The position numbers were made by a program, and so were the translations under genes. 64,000 bases of DNA from positions 1 to 64,000 of the forward strand of contig NMRA01000221.1 in the NCBI GenBank assembly GCA_002633005.1, in the 5' to 3' direction. Every line of letters begins with the position of its first letter. Position 1 is the first letter of the stretch. The stretch is from Phoronis australis (taxonomy: Eukaryota > Animalia > Phoronida). This document shows positions 62,661-64,000 of this stretch, piece by piece. A model generated the notes under the pieces. That model made no database searches. It worked only from the letters and a program-made list of their open reading frames with translations, and was not told the DNA's origin.

Positions 62661-64000
62661 CAGGGCCCGGTCTCCAATCTCCGTACTCAGACTCGAATCA
62701 TGCTCAAACTCACACTTCATACTCAACTCGAGTACAGACTCAGCTTTGGTGTATTCAATGTCATACTCGAAAAATCTGTACTCCAAATTTCGAGCACGTA
62801 CTCAGTTTTCGAGTGTACTCGAACTGAAGTGTATCTCATCTATATTTCGAGTACGATTTTGAGTAAAAATTCGGAGTCTATGCTCAAATTTCAAGTTTGG
62901 TATGGCAGTGTGCTTGAAATCGTACTCGAAAATAAATACGAGTCAGAGAACAAAATATTGAAAGGGAACCAAGAAACACAGCAAATCTAAAAAAATAAGT
63001 CCTCTTACCGTATCTCAGCACTTCAATTTCAGTTCAGAGATAATAGTTTTCATCTTAAATCTTCTTATTCTTCACCTTATTAACCCGCCGTATCACTGTA
63101 TGTTATGGCCGCCATTCTACCTCTACAATTCCTGGTAACAGGCGCATTGTAATCCCTTGTCGGCGAGTCATAACAAGCGTCGAAAGCAGTTGTGGGAAAA
63201 GTCGTGTGAGAAGTTTGTGCTGCCCTTATTAGGTATTTGTGCCTACGTTTTGTAGGGATTCCAAAAGACGAGGAGGTGAGGGAAGTTAAAAAAGTTCGCT
63301 TCCCTGTCAGGTACATTTCTCATCATAACTTAGTCATCTATAATTCCTCAATCCCCAAATGGAATTCCAGATTTTGTTTGCCGATTTCTAAGTAGACGTC
63401 TCGTCCCGTTCGCTGCCACTGGTGAACTCTGAATGCCTGCACAAGTATTAGTTTTTAACTCACGTGCCAAATGTCAACTCAATCGATACATGTACATCCC
63501 GGTAAAATACAAAGATACAGTATCAAAGTTTGACATCAGCGTAGGGCTACACAGCAATGGGTTTTATGTCAAGACTAAATTAGCAACAGAGATGTGATGT
63601 GATAAGCTGTTACAAATTTCTTTTAAAAGACGTTTTCGGGACTGGGTGAGGAACTCAAGAAGTAAAGCTTAATAATTGCCAAATGTATCAAAGAAATGGC
63701 ATAAGAATATTTATTGAAACTAAAAAATGAATAACAGTTACAGAACACTCAGAATTCCACGTTATAGACATACTCTTGTAGTTGTAGCGACAGCAGACGA
63801 TAATGTAGGCCTAGTTCTTGGGGTGGTCTATTCCAATAGGGAGCGATGAATCAGCGCGGCTTTGCGTGATTTTGCATTTCACATCATAAAGAGTTCCATA
63901 GCAACTCGAGTATGAGTGTCAGATTTGAGTACGTTTGGAGTCTACTCGAAATACGACATTAGATACGCTTTTTTGAGCACGACTCCAGTGAGCACGATTT
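62661..64000. repeat. Repeat/foldback-like element rich in ACTCGA/TCGAGT motifs, probably continuing beyond the window
   Basis: Dense (t)actcga/tcgagt(a) motifs at 62680-62950 and 63900-64000, beginning after CAGGGCCCGGT. Confidence 0.45.

Overview
AT-rich, intron-containing, transposon-dense eukaryotic DNA, most consistent with a highly heterozygous marine invertebrate; the species cannot be determined from sequence. Almost all ORFs in the supplied track are spurious or transposon debris, and the real genes had to be rebuilt from splice signals. (1) A 7-exon plus-strand gene (4147-17336, 300 aa) encodes a secreted, free-standing protein resembling bacterial family-3 amino-acid solute-binding proteins (HisJ/ArgT/ArtJ type). 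(2) A minus-strand gene (start codon split at 41001/40031, exons down to about 29.3 kb) and a partial paralogue (59877-57081) encode small secreted prohormone-like precursors. In both, a single EF-hand is bracketed exactly by conserved KR sites. (3) The apparent tandem duplications at 17.8-31.4 kb are best explained as an alternative haplotype (20491-26647, bounded by single Ns) placed in the gap inside a heterozygous ISL2EU-type transposon. This exposes allelic differences, including a TA to TACATGTA footprint-like indel. The rest is decayed Academ, ISL2EU, P-element/THAP, hAT, Kolobok, Crypton and Penelope elements (the last with hammerhead motifs), solo LTRs and MITEs.
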